Of a DNA stretch of 50,254 nucleotides, positions 25,501 through 38,241 are shown piece after piece; positions within the stretch are counted from its first letter, which is position 1, and each line of letters starts with the position of its first letter. The DNA comes from Girardia tigrina (taxonomy: Eukaryota). The position numbers and the translations under genes are program-made. The notes under the pieces were generated by a model. It was not told the origin of the DNA. It saw only the letters and a list, made by a program, of their open reading frames with translations, and did no database searches. The stretch is from contig MQRK01250496.1 in the NCBI GenBank assembly GCA_001938485.1, positions 1 to 50,254 of the forward strand, written 5' to 3'.

Positions 25501-28500
25501 AATATTTTTTACTGAAAACAAAGATTGGTTCTGCTATCAATAATATTCTTTAGTTTGCTTAAAAAATCCCTGCTCCATAGAATGCTCTGTCAAATGCTAT
25601 CTATTTTCTTATCCAGTTGTCAAATCTCTAAGTATTTAAAGTAAAATTAAATTCGATTGTCAATAAAATATTTTATTAATTAACAAAATATTCTTATTTT
25701 ATAAAATATTTAGAAAGATTATAAGAAAATCAAGACGATTACATATTTAACCTTTTCCAGCCCAAATTATTATTTAAGCAAAATATTGGAGCATTTAATA
25801 TCCGTTACAATGTTGATTTAAATTGCTAAGAAACAAGTGAGAATCGCGCTTTTTTGCATTCTAATATATGCAGTGTCATCTATTAGACTTTTTAGAAACT
25901 ATTACTATGTGTACAATTTAAATTTGGTAAAAGAGATCTGTAATTTAATTTTTCAAATATGTTGCAAATGGCAACAATGGAATGGAAAGAGTTAAAAAAT
26001 TATCATACAATCAGCTAAAATACCAAAATATCAAAAATTGTAAACCTAATATTTTAATCTTATAATTAGGATAAAAACATGCTCTCTTTAATTTGTTCTT
26101 TGTATATCAAGATGAGCGTTATCTATACATAAAATGATTGATTAGATTTATCTAATAGTGCCCGTTATCTTTTATATTTACAATTTTTTTAGGAAGTGAT
26201 CATTTTTGTTTGTCATATATATCATTTATCACCAGATATTACCCGATTTGGTTTTACGGTCTATATATATATATTTCAGTTCTCTAAATAATTTGTCATT
26301 TAGCTTTCTTTAGGTCATGTATATTCTTCCATAATTCACTGAATCCATAAACTGAAATTTAAATGTATATTTATTGAAAGGATATGAAAATTAAATGAAA
26401 TATTTAAAGAAGTAAAATAATTCAATAACAAAATTTACTTAACACATTGACTGCTGTTGACATCATGCACCGAACGTCTGCTACGCGTTGGAAAATATGA
26501 TCGAACATTGTTGCCTTTTTAGCATTTAACACATTGAATGCTGAGTACGAGATATCTCGTACTTAGCGTCTTAGTAATGTAAGCCAAAGTACGAGATATC
26601 TCGTACTCAGCATTCAATGTGTTAACGACAAAAAGAATTTTTTTAAAATATACTAAATGGATTATCTGTTATTTCTGAAGATTTTATCAGAATCTAATCA
26701 CCTTACTGTCGGCCAAGATTGAAATTATTGCCACTATTGAATATAACACATCAATACACTCAAACCTTTTTTGTACAATTTTATAAGGGATTTATGAAAG
26801 AGAGTTCAAGTATCTAAGAATTCAAATAACTTCTAATTAAAAAAAAAGATATCAGATTTACTATCTTTAATTCTGCTTACTTGGCTGCAAAACTTGTTTA
26901 GTTTAGTACTTATAAAAAAGTCTTAAGAATAAATTAATTATTCCTACTAACACATTTTTTCGGTATCGCTGTTACAAAATCTCTATTACTCCTTCGAACA
27001 AAAGAAAAAAATTCCAATCTTTTTCAATCCTACAGTTCAATTAATTTAACACTTGGTACGGAACTTAACCCTTAGTCTTCTTTTAATAGTGTTTAGATGT
27101 ATTCTTCGTTTTACCTTTTGAATTTGTACATCTCGATCTGTAACAATTTGAAACCATGTGTCTTTTCCACGTCATAATTTTTGCCTTCAGGCTTTCGTAC
27201 TTAAATTTTTTTTGAGTAATGTAATCTTATTTTTCTCGCAGCTTCTCTTTAAGGCGCACTATTGTGGTCTTTGACAAACCAGTAATTTCAACCAAGGGAC
27301 GCTGACTGGCATATATGTGTTTCTTGATTTAATCTAAGAGTTTAATCTTGTTAAATAGCTTCAAATACCGCCGCTTCATTAAATCGCGATCCTTAATTTT
27401 TTAAAAAATTGAATAAATTAAGTGATTTCAGGATAGAGACAAACCTCACATAGTTAAGAATTTCTCACCTTTTTGATATTTTTTAAAAAATATTTTCCAA
27501 CAAAACCTTAAAAATATTCAAACTTTTGACGTAAAATGACGTAGTTAATTTAAGAACAAAGAAAATTTTAATATTTAAATTTAAGAAGTAAGATTTTTTA
27601 TAAATTTTTTTATTTACATTTTTTTTACTATGAATTAATTTCCGTTAATGACGAAAAATTTCTTTTCATATGGCGATAATATTTTATTAAGATTATAATA
27701 ACCGCCATTAGATATCAGGCTTGCTTTTAAGGTGTTGCTGGAATAAAGGGGGCAAGTGAACCATATCGATATGGATTGGATTGACAATGACTGTGTGAAT
27801 AGAGGGGTTGTCATGTATCAGATAATATTTGGTGAGTGGAAAGAGGTGGACGAGTTCGGAGAAAAATTCTTGGTATTTATCTCTATTCAGACCACCGTAA
27901 AATGTGCCAATCCTCTTGTAGAGATGGCCCTGATGAGGGATATATTTTTCACCAAGCTGTTTGTACTGGGGTATAGATCCGAGTATTCATTTTTGATCAG
28001 CCGTTAGTGCGTAAAGTCAATTGATTGAAACCCATTTCATCAATTTAAAAGCACGATTTTGTACTCCACGCTTCATGAAGATGCCTCAGTAATTCTGCAG
28101 ATCGTAATTCTTTTACTCGGTCACTGTTTCTTTGATCAACAACATGCCTCAATTCTTTAACGGTGAATAATTTTCAGGATTAGAATCTGCTTATTAAGGG
28201 TAGGGAACATCCAATACTCGTATTTTCTTTCAGAAAGGTTTTCATTTATGATAATGGTGGCTCAAGGAAGTCCTCCAGGTAATCGAGTAACTTCACTCAA
28301 GAACTTTCAGTTATCATAATGGGCTGATTAACTCCACGTGTTCCTACACTGATCTCCTTGATTTACCGATATTTGTATATAATGTTGTTAACGGTCTCTT
28401 GGTGGATCCCTAATTGAGAACTCAGCAGATAATAATCTTGTTCATTCAGGCTTGATGTAACAAGCAGGATTTTGTTGGCTTTGGCGATCCTACCGTATTT

Positions 28501-31500
28501 TTCCGTGTATAAGATCCGCCCTTATTTTTAGGTGTGCATTTTTGGAAAAGTTTTTTTAATGAAAAATTAAAAAATATTAAATAAACTTTATTATAAAAAC
28601 CATAAAATTCTTCCTCACTATCACCTGAGTTATTAACCAATTCTAACCTTTCTGTCATAACAGCAGGATCTTTTTCATTAGAGGAGTGACTTTCATAAAT
28701 AGTATCATCCTCAGTACCATCCAATGCATTGGATATTCCACACTTTTTAAAAGATTTAATGACAACTTCTTCCTTGACACCATGAATTGATAACCCAAGT
28801 ACAAACCTCACTAATGGTAGGTTTTCGTACTTTGCCTGTGGGGTCACATTGGAGTCTACTTCATGCATCCATTTGTTCCAATATTCTCTCATCAGATTAT
28901 TGAATGGGTTATTAATAGAAACATCAAGAGGTTGAAGCTGGCTTGTTAAGCCTTCTGGAAGGACAGCCAATTGGGTTTCAGTATTTGTTGCTAACTTTTT
29001 AGTTTCTTCTGTGTGGTGAACTCTGAACTGGTCAAATACAAGCAAATTAGGCTTCTTGGAAAGAGCTCCAGTTCTTGTTTGTCAAATCGCAATCGTTGAG
29101 CATCGACACGTTTTGCGGATGGTAGTGCAGAAGATCAAGTTTCACAAGCAGGCAGTGGTAGGTCTTTCGGAGTAGGTCAAAAGCAGCTGCCCCACGAGAC
29201 ACAGACGTTGAAGGATCTGTAGCTACAAAATTTTGAACTTCTTCGAGCCGTTTAGGCGTTGTAGATGTAGATTGACGCCCTTACCGGATGAGATCTTCAA
29301 TGCTTTCAGTCTGCTGAAAACGCTCAAACAATACCTTGATCGTCGTAAACTTAAGAGGTGAGGTAGCAAAATAAAAATACCACTGTATTCGTACCTCTTC
29401 ATAATTCTGGAAATATGCGTAGAGGAGTACCATTTTAATTCTCTCCTAAAGAGGACGCCGTATTGACATTTCATTCATCTGTAAATAAATAATAATAGTC
29501 AGTGTTAAAACGTAAATATGAATTTCCGCGAAATAAAATGGCTTTCTGGAGATAGATTAAAACAAACATCCTCCAATTACTTTTGGATAACCCTATATAT
29601 ATATTTTCACTTATTCAATTTAATAATGTCCTTATAATTTGTAAACAGGTATATTAAAGTCAATAACTTTTGAACCCTTTATGACTTTTAAGGTGAAATT
29701 ACAAATGCTTATCTAAAATCTTCGTTCAACAATTTGAGCAAATATTGATTCTTTTTTTTCAATGTGGTTTAAAACAGTCTTATTCGATTTGATATCAAAG
29801 TACTTGGTTAAGAGCACAAAAATAATGTAGTTAATTTAAATTAAACATAATAATACATAATGAATTTATATAACTGAAGAGCTTTGTCTATTTATAATAA
29901 GTCAGTATATTAAAATTTTAATTGTTAGGATTTGGGTGTTTTAAAGGTCTAAACTAGGGAGTAATTTAGACCAATTTTTTTATGGACTCTCAAGCTCTAA
30001 AAAATTTATAGACAGCAAAATGGGCTTTTCTCCCCCTTTCAAGAGGATAAACTGATTGCTTGAATCAAGGGGATAGGTTGTAGAACTTGTTTTCAATCAG
30101 ACGCTGTTTTCGGGTATTCGATTGAATAATGCTGCTTTCGCTTCAAAAGAAGTATAATCATTATTTAACATTTATTATTCCAGTAGTATTTTTCGTAAAC
30201 ATAAATTATTACTGTTTCAGATGCTGCTTATTGGTAGGCTAATTAAGATATTTAACGAGTATTGTGCAATTTTATCTCCAACTACCAAAAATTTTTCTAT
30301 GTTCCCAATTTGGAACGTTGGTATGATGTTCTTAAAACATAAGTAAAGTGTCGCCACTGATACAATATCTATATAAATGTAAATGTTGTAGATGATGTGT
30401 ATTTGACCATCAAAAATATATTGTGTCATTAGTTTTTATTTTAATGCAAACAGAAACATACTACGCATGTATTATGTGTATTGTAAGTTTCAAAGCATGC
30501 ATCATGCAAACGCTTGTCACATTTACGACGACAGTTAGCTATCATATCTAACGTTATTTGGTGTAGGAGCTGTAGATCCAACAGCAGTACGTTTTGCAGA
30601 TAACTTGAATAAGGTAAGAAGAATGTCAAATCTGAACTGGATATGGGAGAGCGCTTCTCTCGAAGGATTTACAGATTCCACCACCATTTTATACCTTTTA
30701 TTTTGTCTTGCGCTTATACTGGAATCAGTATACAAATCTCGTTATCCATGTCATTATAATTGGTACTTTCATCGTCACTAGACCAACTTTCGGTATCGGT
30801 ATGTAAAACCTCAAATGTTTATGCTGCATTGAATAATAATAGTTTTTAATAATAATACACAATTGTATAAACTAATAATATTAAACTAATACGTAAATAA
30901 TTCAGTAAACTTAAAATTTTGCTTCAGTGAATGCTTAATCATTACATTATGAGCAGTTATTTATATTATATTATATTTTTATACTTATATACTTATTCGT
31001 TAGTGTTAGGTATATTGTAAGTAGGGATGGACCGATTTTATTTTTTGAAATCCTGCCGGTGCTGGAGTCAGACTCAGAATGTTTGTCCGACCGGAGTTGG
31101 AGCCGTTATCTGTTTTCAAATAATTGAAAAAACGCAAATTATATACAATAAGATATACGATATATTATTAGGGTAAAACACAAAATCGATAAGCTAAAAA
31201 GACGTTTCTTTCTAAATTATTATATTATAATAATCAATTAAGCAAATGCGAATAAAATTTTTTTAAAGGATGAGGTTTTTTGCACTTTCTATAAGTTGGG
31301 ATCGATGATCAGTGACAATGTCTCCAGTTGTACTGAAGACTTTCTGATGAATCGCTTGTAGAAGGTGTTATCGAAGTATGATAAATTATACTCCTTTTTA
31401 TTCAATGAAAGAGACGAAAAGGTTTTTCATACCGTTAATGGGTGTATTTAATTATGACGGTTTAGGGATACAGATGCGTAAAAAATGCATTATTATTAAT

Positions 31501-34500
31501 AACGGCCTAAAAATCATTTCCGTCTCTTTCATTGAATAACCGGTATCGACTAAACATCCTGTTTCATTGAATTCCTATTTTCAAAAAATTTAGAATTTCC
31601 TTCAAACAGTAAATTTGTTTTTAAAAATTTTACGGGTTAAAAAAATGCAAAATTAGAATTAAAAGCTAAATTTTTTCTTACTTTATATACTATATATATT
31701 TTCATTTACAATACTATATATATTTACATTTTTTACTTATTTCAATTTAGTTAATGTAGATTAATTTAATTGTATAAAACGAGATATTATTTTAACATTA
31801 CTTGTTTTTTAAGTGATTACATGTAAGAGTTTCTAATTTTTGTAAACATTAAGTGGAACCCGGCATCGAAACCGGTGTAATATATGTCGGATATGATACC
31901 GGTTTTCAAGAGCCTGAGCTGAAAACCGGTGCATCCTAGCAAAAAGTATTACTAATTGTTAGAGTGCAAATATTTATCATGAAAAATATTGGGTTAAAAT
32001 TGTCTGTCTTGTCTTTTTTTTCAAAATCAAAAACAAAAACATTTTTTTTAAACTTGTGACATATTTTCAAAATTACATAATTATCTATTAATACCATACA
32101 TTTAGACATCAAAATCACACATAATTTTATTTGAAACTCAGCAAATTAACAAAAATTCAGTTTGTTTTTACAATCCACTATTTAATCAATAATTAAATTG
32201 AAAATTTACATCCATCAGTGGAAGATTACCAGTAAAGTCAAGATACTAAAAATCTAATCGCATTTAATTCAATCAAAAAGATAAATCGATAATGAATCGA
32301 TTACAATTGATAAATGGTTTTTTTAAATTATAGAAAGAAAAAAATTATCTCATAATTTTAGAGGAAATCTATCAGCTTGTTTTTTGAATAATTTTCTATT
32401 ATTAATTGATTTCACCAATTATTTTTTGGTGATTTGATGATTCATACTAGAAAACAATAATCAATAAATAAACCAAAATAATATCATTCGTATCGGAACA
32501 GTTTTTGATATCGATATTTTTTAATCTAATTATTAATTTATTTTTACTATATAGTGATTTATTATTATTACTTGTATTCATTTTACTATTGCTAGTTCTG
32601 TTTTTTCTATATATTATTTATATTATTTTATGATAAATTTATAATCAAATAATCGATTATGTTCAAAAAATCATGTTTAAATTTGTTCCAAGTTACATAT
32701 TGTGGTGCAAAGCATTAACGAGCACATCTATTTAGCATTTATATTTTAATTTAATTTATTTTATTTTAATTTCCTGTTATTGTTATAGATAAAATGGATA
32801 ATTAAATAAATTTTATAGATTGCTCTAAGTATTATTTTATATTTACAGAGTTATCTGAATTGAATTTATGAAAATGATGTTTCTAAATTTATATTATTAC
32901 AAAAGCTTATCTTTATTTTACTTTGTTTTGCAACAATATTTTATATTAAATGTTTATTTTTTAGAAACCTTGATGAGTATAATTTTTTACATTAAAAGGA
33001 ATATGCAACCCAAAAAATCCGTTTATATGGCTGATATTTGGTTTTATTGTATGTATAATGATATTAATATTAAAGATATTAATTCCGTAATGGAATTCGA
33101 AGCTCAACAAAACATTGAGGCAATAATAGGTTTGATGTTCATGTGTACATTTAATTATATATTAATATAAAAATATAGAAAAACTTAATAATATGAATGA
33201 TCCATCTTTCATATTTGGTATGAAATTGTTGACTAAAAACTGGAATTTAATATATAACTTTGAATACTGTGAATGGTTCGCAAAGTTAATTTCTGAGAAA
33301 AGTGATATTAGAAAATGCTTGTTTTCTATAAAAGATTCCATTCATTCTTTAAATCGAAATATGAAACAAGATATTTTTGATAATTTTTATCTTTTGGCCA
33401 TTCGAGTTATGTCGTATTTAAACAAGAAGTCATTATTTACTTGCTCGAAAAATGTCTATGAAACGTTTCTTAAAAATTTTTTTCCGGATATTAAACGGAC
33501 TTTATTAAAAGTTAATGATAAATTCAAGCTTAAATGGACAATGGTTGAATGCTTAGTCTCATCAGCTGAATACGAAAAAGCGCTAAATGTAATCAAAGGT
33601 ATTTCGAAGGAACTTTTTTATGTGAAATTGATTTTTTTTCAACAGAGTTTGAAGTACTTAAAGATTTAGAAGTAACGTCTTTGGATTATAATAGAGTCAA
33701 AGAGATTTTACCGAACCTAGTTTGGCACCTTGTTAATTCTTCTGAATTGCTTCCTGTTATTATTTTATTTGAACAAGTTGTATCCATATTCATATTCAGT
33801 AAGAATATATATTTAATCTCCAACATTAATTCGAATTATATATTTAGATGAAAATAGTGATAGTGCATACACAAAAAGTTAGATTTTTAAAACATTTTTT
33901 CTAGAACCTTTCTTTTTTTCACTTTCCATTGCATTAATTCATTGTAAATTTTTCAGATTGCAACGAAATATTCAATTTGATAGTTGTTAAGGCTTACGAG
34001 TCAAATAATATTGATGTTGTTAAGAAGATAATATCACTATTAGATCTCATTTTATCAGCCAATATTGATTTCGAAATAAGCAAAGAAAGTTTACGTTATT
34101 TAGCTGTTGCAGCTGTTCGAACAAACATTCCTTTCAAAGAGCTGCTTGACTTCGTTGATTTATGCTTCAATTTCAAAATATTTGGAAAAATTGAAACTAC
34201 CGAGGACGGTTTTGGTAGCTTTGTAAATGCAGGTTCTCATTTAACATATGAGGAAATTGTTTTATTGGTCACCTGGATGTGTCGCCATGTAAAAATTAAT
34301 TTGGTTAAAACTGCTCAAAATCAAGGGTCTTCTATTAGAGAAAATATAATGAAAGTCTGTTCGATTCAATTTGTTTTACATTCATCTAGAATCCAAGATT
34401 TGTTTTCCAAAGAATTGCGGGTGGATTTATCTTTAAAAGAGTTTTTAGCTAGGTTTACAGAAGCTTTGAATAATCCAAAATATTTGAAACATCCAATTAA

Positions 34501-34594
34501 ATTTTCTACGTCTGATGAATCAAATAATTATGGACTGAAAATTTTATGTGACAATAGAATTGTATATAATACAATCTATTATAGTGACATATAA
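19580..34594 (+). CDS. Multi-exon host gene, ~828 aa, TOPAZ1-like (helical-repeat region plus conserved C-terminal domain)
   Basis: Exons 19580-20238, 21305-21580, 21639-21784, 32965-33129, 33179-33598, 33646-33798, 33848-33877 and 33957-34594 all have GT..AG boundaries, consistent phases and an open frame (2487 nt). AATAAA at ~34659. Gene existence is well supported; the TOPAZ1 similarity is from memory (~0.45). The ATG follows an acceptor AG, so upstream exons may exist. Confidence 0.8.
22930..24845 (+). repeat. Diverged duplicate of 19315-19590 (intron end and acceptor), split by the DD39D mariner
   Basis: GACCATTAAAATTGTA|…|TTATTTATTTATAAAGATGACATC matches GACCATTAAAATTGTATTATTTATTTTTGAAGATGGCATC. 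Confidence 0.75.
23140..24818 (-). mobile_element. DD39D (plant-type/Stowaway-related) mariner, full length, decayed
   Basis: TA|CTGCCTCCGT…ACGGAGGGAG|TA TIRs. Motifs KSKRFITKVMFMAAVARPR, GKTGIWP, QQDNA, QPANSPDLNVLDLGFF and GGGNCYKIPH. Confidence 0.92.
25751..25991. mobile_element. piggyBac-type MITE
   Basis: TTAA|CCTTTTCCAGCCCA ... TGGAATGGAAAGAG|TTAA, imperfect TIRs. Confidence 0.55.
26530..26621. mobile_element. 92-bp piggyBac-type micro-MITE
   Basis: TTAA TSD and perfect 35-bp TIRs CACATTGAATGCTGAGTACGAGATATCTCGTACTT. A related end lies at ~26443. Confidence 0.85.
27710..28490 (-). mobile_element. IS630/Tc1-like transposase remnant
   Basis: Minus-strand IDEMGFNQLTLRTNG*S, GGLNRDKYQEFFSEL, YLIHDNPSIH and HLPP. 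Confidence 0.6.
28493..29082 (-). mobile_element. pogo (POGK-like) transposon 3' half
   Basis: TA|CCGTATTTTTCCGTGTATAAG terminus. ORF has VFDQFRVH…LTSQLQPLDVSIN…SFKKCGISNALDGTEDD. Confidence 0.9.
29085..29595 (-). mobile_element. rosa/DD41D-like Tc1-mariner 5' fragment
   Basis: ERIKMVLLY…TIKVLFERFQQTESIEDL..GR…VATDPSTSVSR. Terminus TA|TAGGGTTATCCAAAAG. Confidence 0.6.
30440..30830 (-). mobile_element. piggyBac transposase remnant
   Basis: KIKGIKWWWNL, SHIQFR, VRYD and the C-terminal Cys/His motif KCDKRLHDACFETY. Confidence 0.7.
31022..31938. mobile_element. hAT-type non-autonomous element (TAGGGATG…CATCCTA)
   Basis: Ac-like termini and ACCGG subterminal repeats. No TSD recovered. Confidence 0.5.
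31399..31538. mobile_element. Small TA-flanked MITE nested in the hAT
   Basis: TATTCAATGAAAGAGACG … CGTCTCTTTCATTGAATA. Confidence 0.65.
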
Positions 34595-35663
34595 AATAAC
34601 TGTATTATGATGTACATAAATGTCAATTATGTTAAAATTTGTACAAGGATATTATTGTAATAAATTTTATTTATAAATATCGTTTTTAATTACTAAAAAT
34701 TATTACCTATTCATTGATTTTGTTATTTTTCGACATAAATAACAATAATGATTTTACTTATCATATCTTTAAGATTATTTTTTATTAATCACTTATTCTT
34801 CCAATCATACTTTTTCAAATACTAATAGATTGTTTTAAAAATAATTGGAATAAGATTACTATTTGATGGTGATTTCACTCCTATTTCATAATAATGACGC
34901 AAAAATAATAATGTTGTGGAATTTTTAATATCCACAAACTATTTAAGTAATCTGATTTAGTTTTCTGAAATTATGAAATCATTTCTCAGGATTTTCAAAA
35001 CTTCTGAAAAAATTATGATAATTGTTTTTGCACACACATGTATGTTGTGCAATTTAAAATGTAATTCACCAATGTAATTAAGTGAATCATGTTTACTTAA
35101 GTTCAAATTGTTATCGTTATTTCAACAAGAAATAGTCAAAATTATAGAAAATTATCATACATTGTATATGGATATCTTAATTTCAACATTTAATGACTTT
35201 ACAAGGACATTGTTATAAACATTTCTGACATTAAAACCTTTGTACTAAAAGTGTAATTTTTTAGTGCATATTACTTGTTTTTGGAAATAATTTATTGAGG
35301 TAAAATAATTCCTTAAAATGTATATTTTGTTAACACCTACAACTACTCTACTGGAGTCGCCTGTTATTATATTCCATGAATTGTAACAATAACATTACTG
35401 ACAAATAATTTACTTATATATTCATTAAGATTTCTAAATTATGCTTTAAAGAAATAAAATATTTCAACTAAATTAGGTATGCAATTTAAACCAATTAATG
35501 AGGAAATCAAATATTTTCTCAGTGTTTAGAATTTAATTTGACAATCAAACATTTTATTTTCTGAAAACAAGAGCTTATGTATTTTACACGTATATATTAA
35601 TATATTAATATATATTACTATATTATTTTTTGCATTTTTATTTTTTTTAATTTAAAAAAATAA

Positions 35664-35815
35664 CTAGGTAGTAAATAACCCGTCATGTATGACGGGTATA
35701 ATTATAGAGTTAAAATTTCAAATCAATGTTTTAAGGACGTTTTTTTCTTAAAATTCATTTATTTTCCACACGAATTATTAATTTAATTATATCAATTTAA
35801 TTTAATTAGATCAAG

Positions 35816-35850
<35 letters not shown>
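35664..35850 (-). mobile_element. Short Helitron remnant plus (TA)n
   Basis: Hairpin CCCGTCATGTATGACGGG (35679-35696), like the one at 17193, with CTAG at 35664. TA run at 35820-35850. Confidence 0.5.
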
Positions 35851-35854
<4 letters not shown>

Positions 35855-36299
35855 AAATGTAAATAAAATATAAAATTAAATAAATCACTTAATATTTTAG
35901 TCATTACAAGCAAAAATAACTAAATAAAACCATGTTAACTCAATTTATTATTATATAATAGCATATAAACATTGATGGGATATTCATAAAATAATTCTTT
36001 ATGTTTTATAAATTTTCTTTTGACAAAATTTCATATCTTAATCTATATTTAAAAAAATGTTTTTTACTAATTTTATTCATAAGTAAAAACTCAAACCTGA
36101 AAGTTATACGCAAATTGTATAAATTATGAAAAAAATTTGATCACCATCTTGGACAAAAATATGATATGATTTAAATTATTACCACCTGACACACCTATGA
36201 TAATATTAAAATGTTAAATGTGTCGAACATTTGAATCAATAGTTAGTGTTGAAACTTAAAGGTATAAAGTTTTTTTATGATATAAAAAGTTTTTGCTTT

Positions 36300-37330
36300 G
36301 AAAATATGTTTGAATGAATACGTTATTTTAGATGTAAATTGGCGGAATCGTAAATTTTCTTGTAAATGAAAATACATTTTTTCAATGAGATGTATATGAA
36401 ATTATTTATTTAATGCCAACAACAATGGCATCTTTGATATATGCTCGATGCCATTGTGCTAAGATATTTAGAGGATCTTATTTTTATGATTGGATTTTAT
36501 AGTAAAATCCAGTAATAGTAAATCCAGATCCGGTTGATTCTTGTTCACTTATTTTATTATTTAAATTTGTTGCCAGTTGAGAGATATTATCATTTAATTG
36601 ATCTTTACTCAAAATTTTCATACTAATTGAATCAACAACATTTACTATGGTTTCATCTTTGATATATTTAACTTTTAATCATATATACATAAATGGAAAT
36701 TTTAATTTATCTTCAAAATCATTATAGAAAGACATTAAATTTCTAAGATCTTCATTGATTTGTGTTTTTACTTCTATAAAGTCATTCAATATTGAATATT
36801 TTATCTTTTTTATTATATAAAAATTCAATATTTCCAGTCTTTGGTTCTTGATTGTTTTCTTTTCTCACATGAGCTTTACTTTTTCTATGCGGAATTATTG
36901 CTGTTTTATTTTGAAATAATTTTTTACAAAAATTACAATAATGAGGATTGTAATTATCTTGTTTTTGTTGATAATGATGATAATTATCATCATTATCTAT
37001 TGAAGGAATAGACGAATTTTCATATTCAACCTCCTGAGTCTATTACTAATATTTAAACTAGTTGGGTTTGATATAGTAAAATTTTTTTCAGTCATTTTTA
37101 TATTAATTTTTTTGCATTTTTATTTTTTTTAATTAAAAAAAAATTTATTAATTGGAAATCTGAAGAGAAAATAATTTTTTTGTTCTAAAAGAAATTTCTC
37201 TATTGGGGAAAAAAAAGAAAAAATTATTGATTTTGGGCTATTTTTCTCTATTTTTTCTTAGATTTATAGAAAAATAAATCATTTTCTTGGGTTTGACTTA
37301 AAATTTTTGGGTCTTGACTTAAGTGTCATA
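36300..37330 (-). mobile_element. Possible Polinton/Maverick relic (N-terminal region of protein-primed PolB)
   Basis: Decayed frame containing LNNKISEQESTGSGFTITGF, resembling the GSGW motif. GACTTAA repeats upstream at ~37295-37325. Confidence 0.35.
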
Positions 37331-37427
37331 ATTATATAAAAGATTCAATTGTTTAAAATTAAAATCAAGTATGCCATTTGGAGTTTAAAAAAAATTTATA
37401 AAGACTTTTAAATTATTAATTATTATA

Positions 37428-38241
37428 TTAAAGTATTTGAAGTGCCGAAAGCTTATTTCCAAGTGTTTCAAAATATAAGTGAACTTGATCTTGCAAATCC
37501 GATAATAATTCTTCAATTCTTCTTGAAATTGTATTGTCCGACAGTGGTACTGTTTTTATTTTTTCAGCTCCTTCAGGTTCTTGCATCGTTTTGACAATAA
37601 TAGCAAGTATTGGTGCGATAATTACTTCAGCTTCTGTATGTGCTTTTGTGCGTTTCGCAATCAAATGAGCAATATTGTAACTTGCAATTTAAGCTTTCTG
37701 AGGTATCTTCAAAAAGTTTGTCAAATTTTTCGATTGTTGATTAATTTCTGTTGCTAAGTTCTCAAAATATTCCCTAGATTTGGTTTTATGTATTGGATGA
37801 TTTGTCTCCAAATATCGCCTCTGTTTATTTGGAACCAACGATTCATTTAACAACATTATATTGCAAATAAAGCAATAAGGAACTTAAGCATCTTCAGATA
37901 AAGATACAATGAATCCATATTTTATATATTTTTCGCTGAATTTTCGCTTACTTGCTTTTCTTTGACTTGGTCCATTTTCTTGAAAACTTATCCATGTCTA
38001 AAGGGTATACTAAAAAAATATTAAAAATGTGTATTTTAATTTTCCTTACTTCAATAAAATTTTTTTTGATTCTTCGAAATATAGAACTTGAAATTTAAAC
38101 AAATTTAATTAAGTAAAATATATGATATTTTAAAATTTAATATTTGAAGTTAATATTTTAAATTTAAATAATATTTTTAATATTACTCGAAATCTCGCGA
38201 CACATTTGCACATTTTTCGCGACACAGTTTGGGAACCACTG
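37428..38241 (-). mobile_element. hAT Buster (ZBED5/SCAND3-like) 5' half
   Basis: TIR CAGTGGTTCCCAAACTG ends at 38241. Motifs KYIKYGF, CFICNIMLLNESLVP, IAKRTKAHTEAE and VPLSDNTISRRI. Confidence 0.85.
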
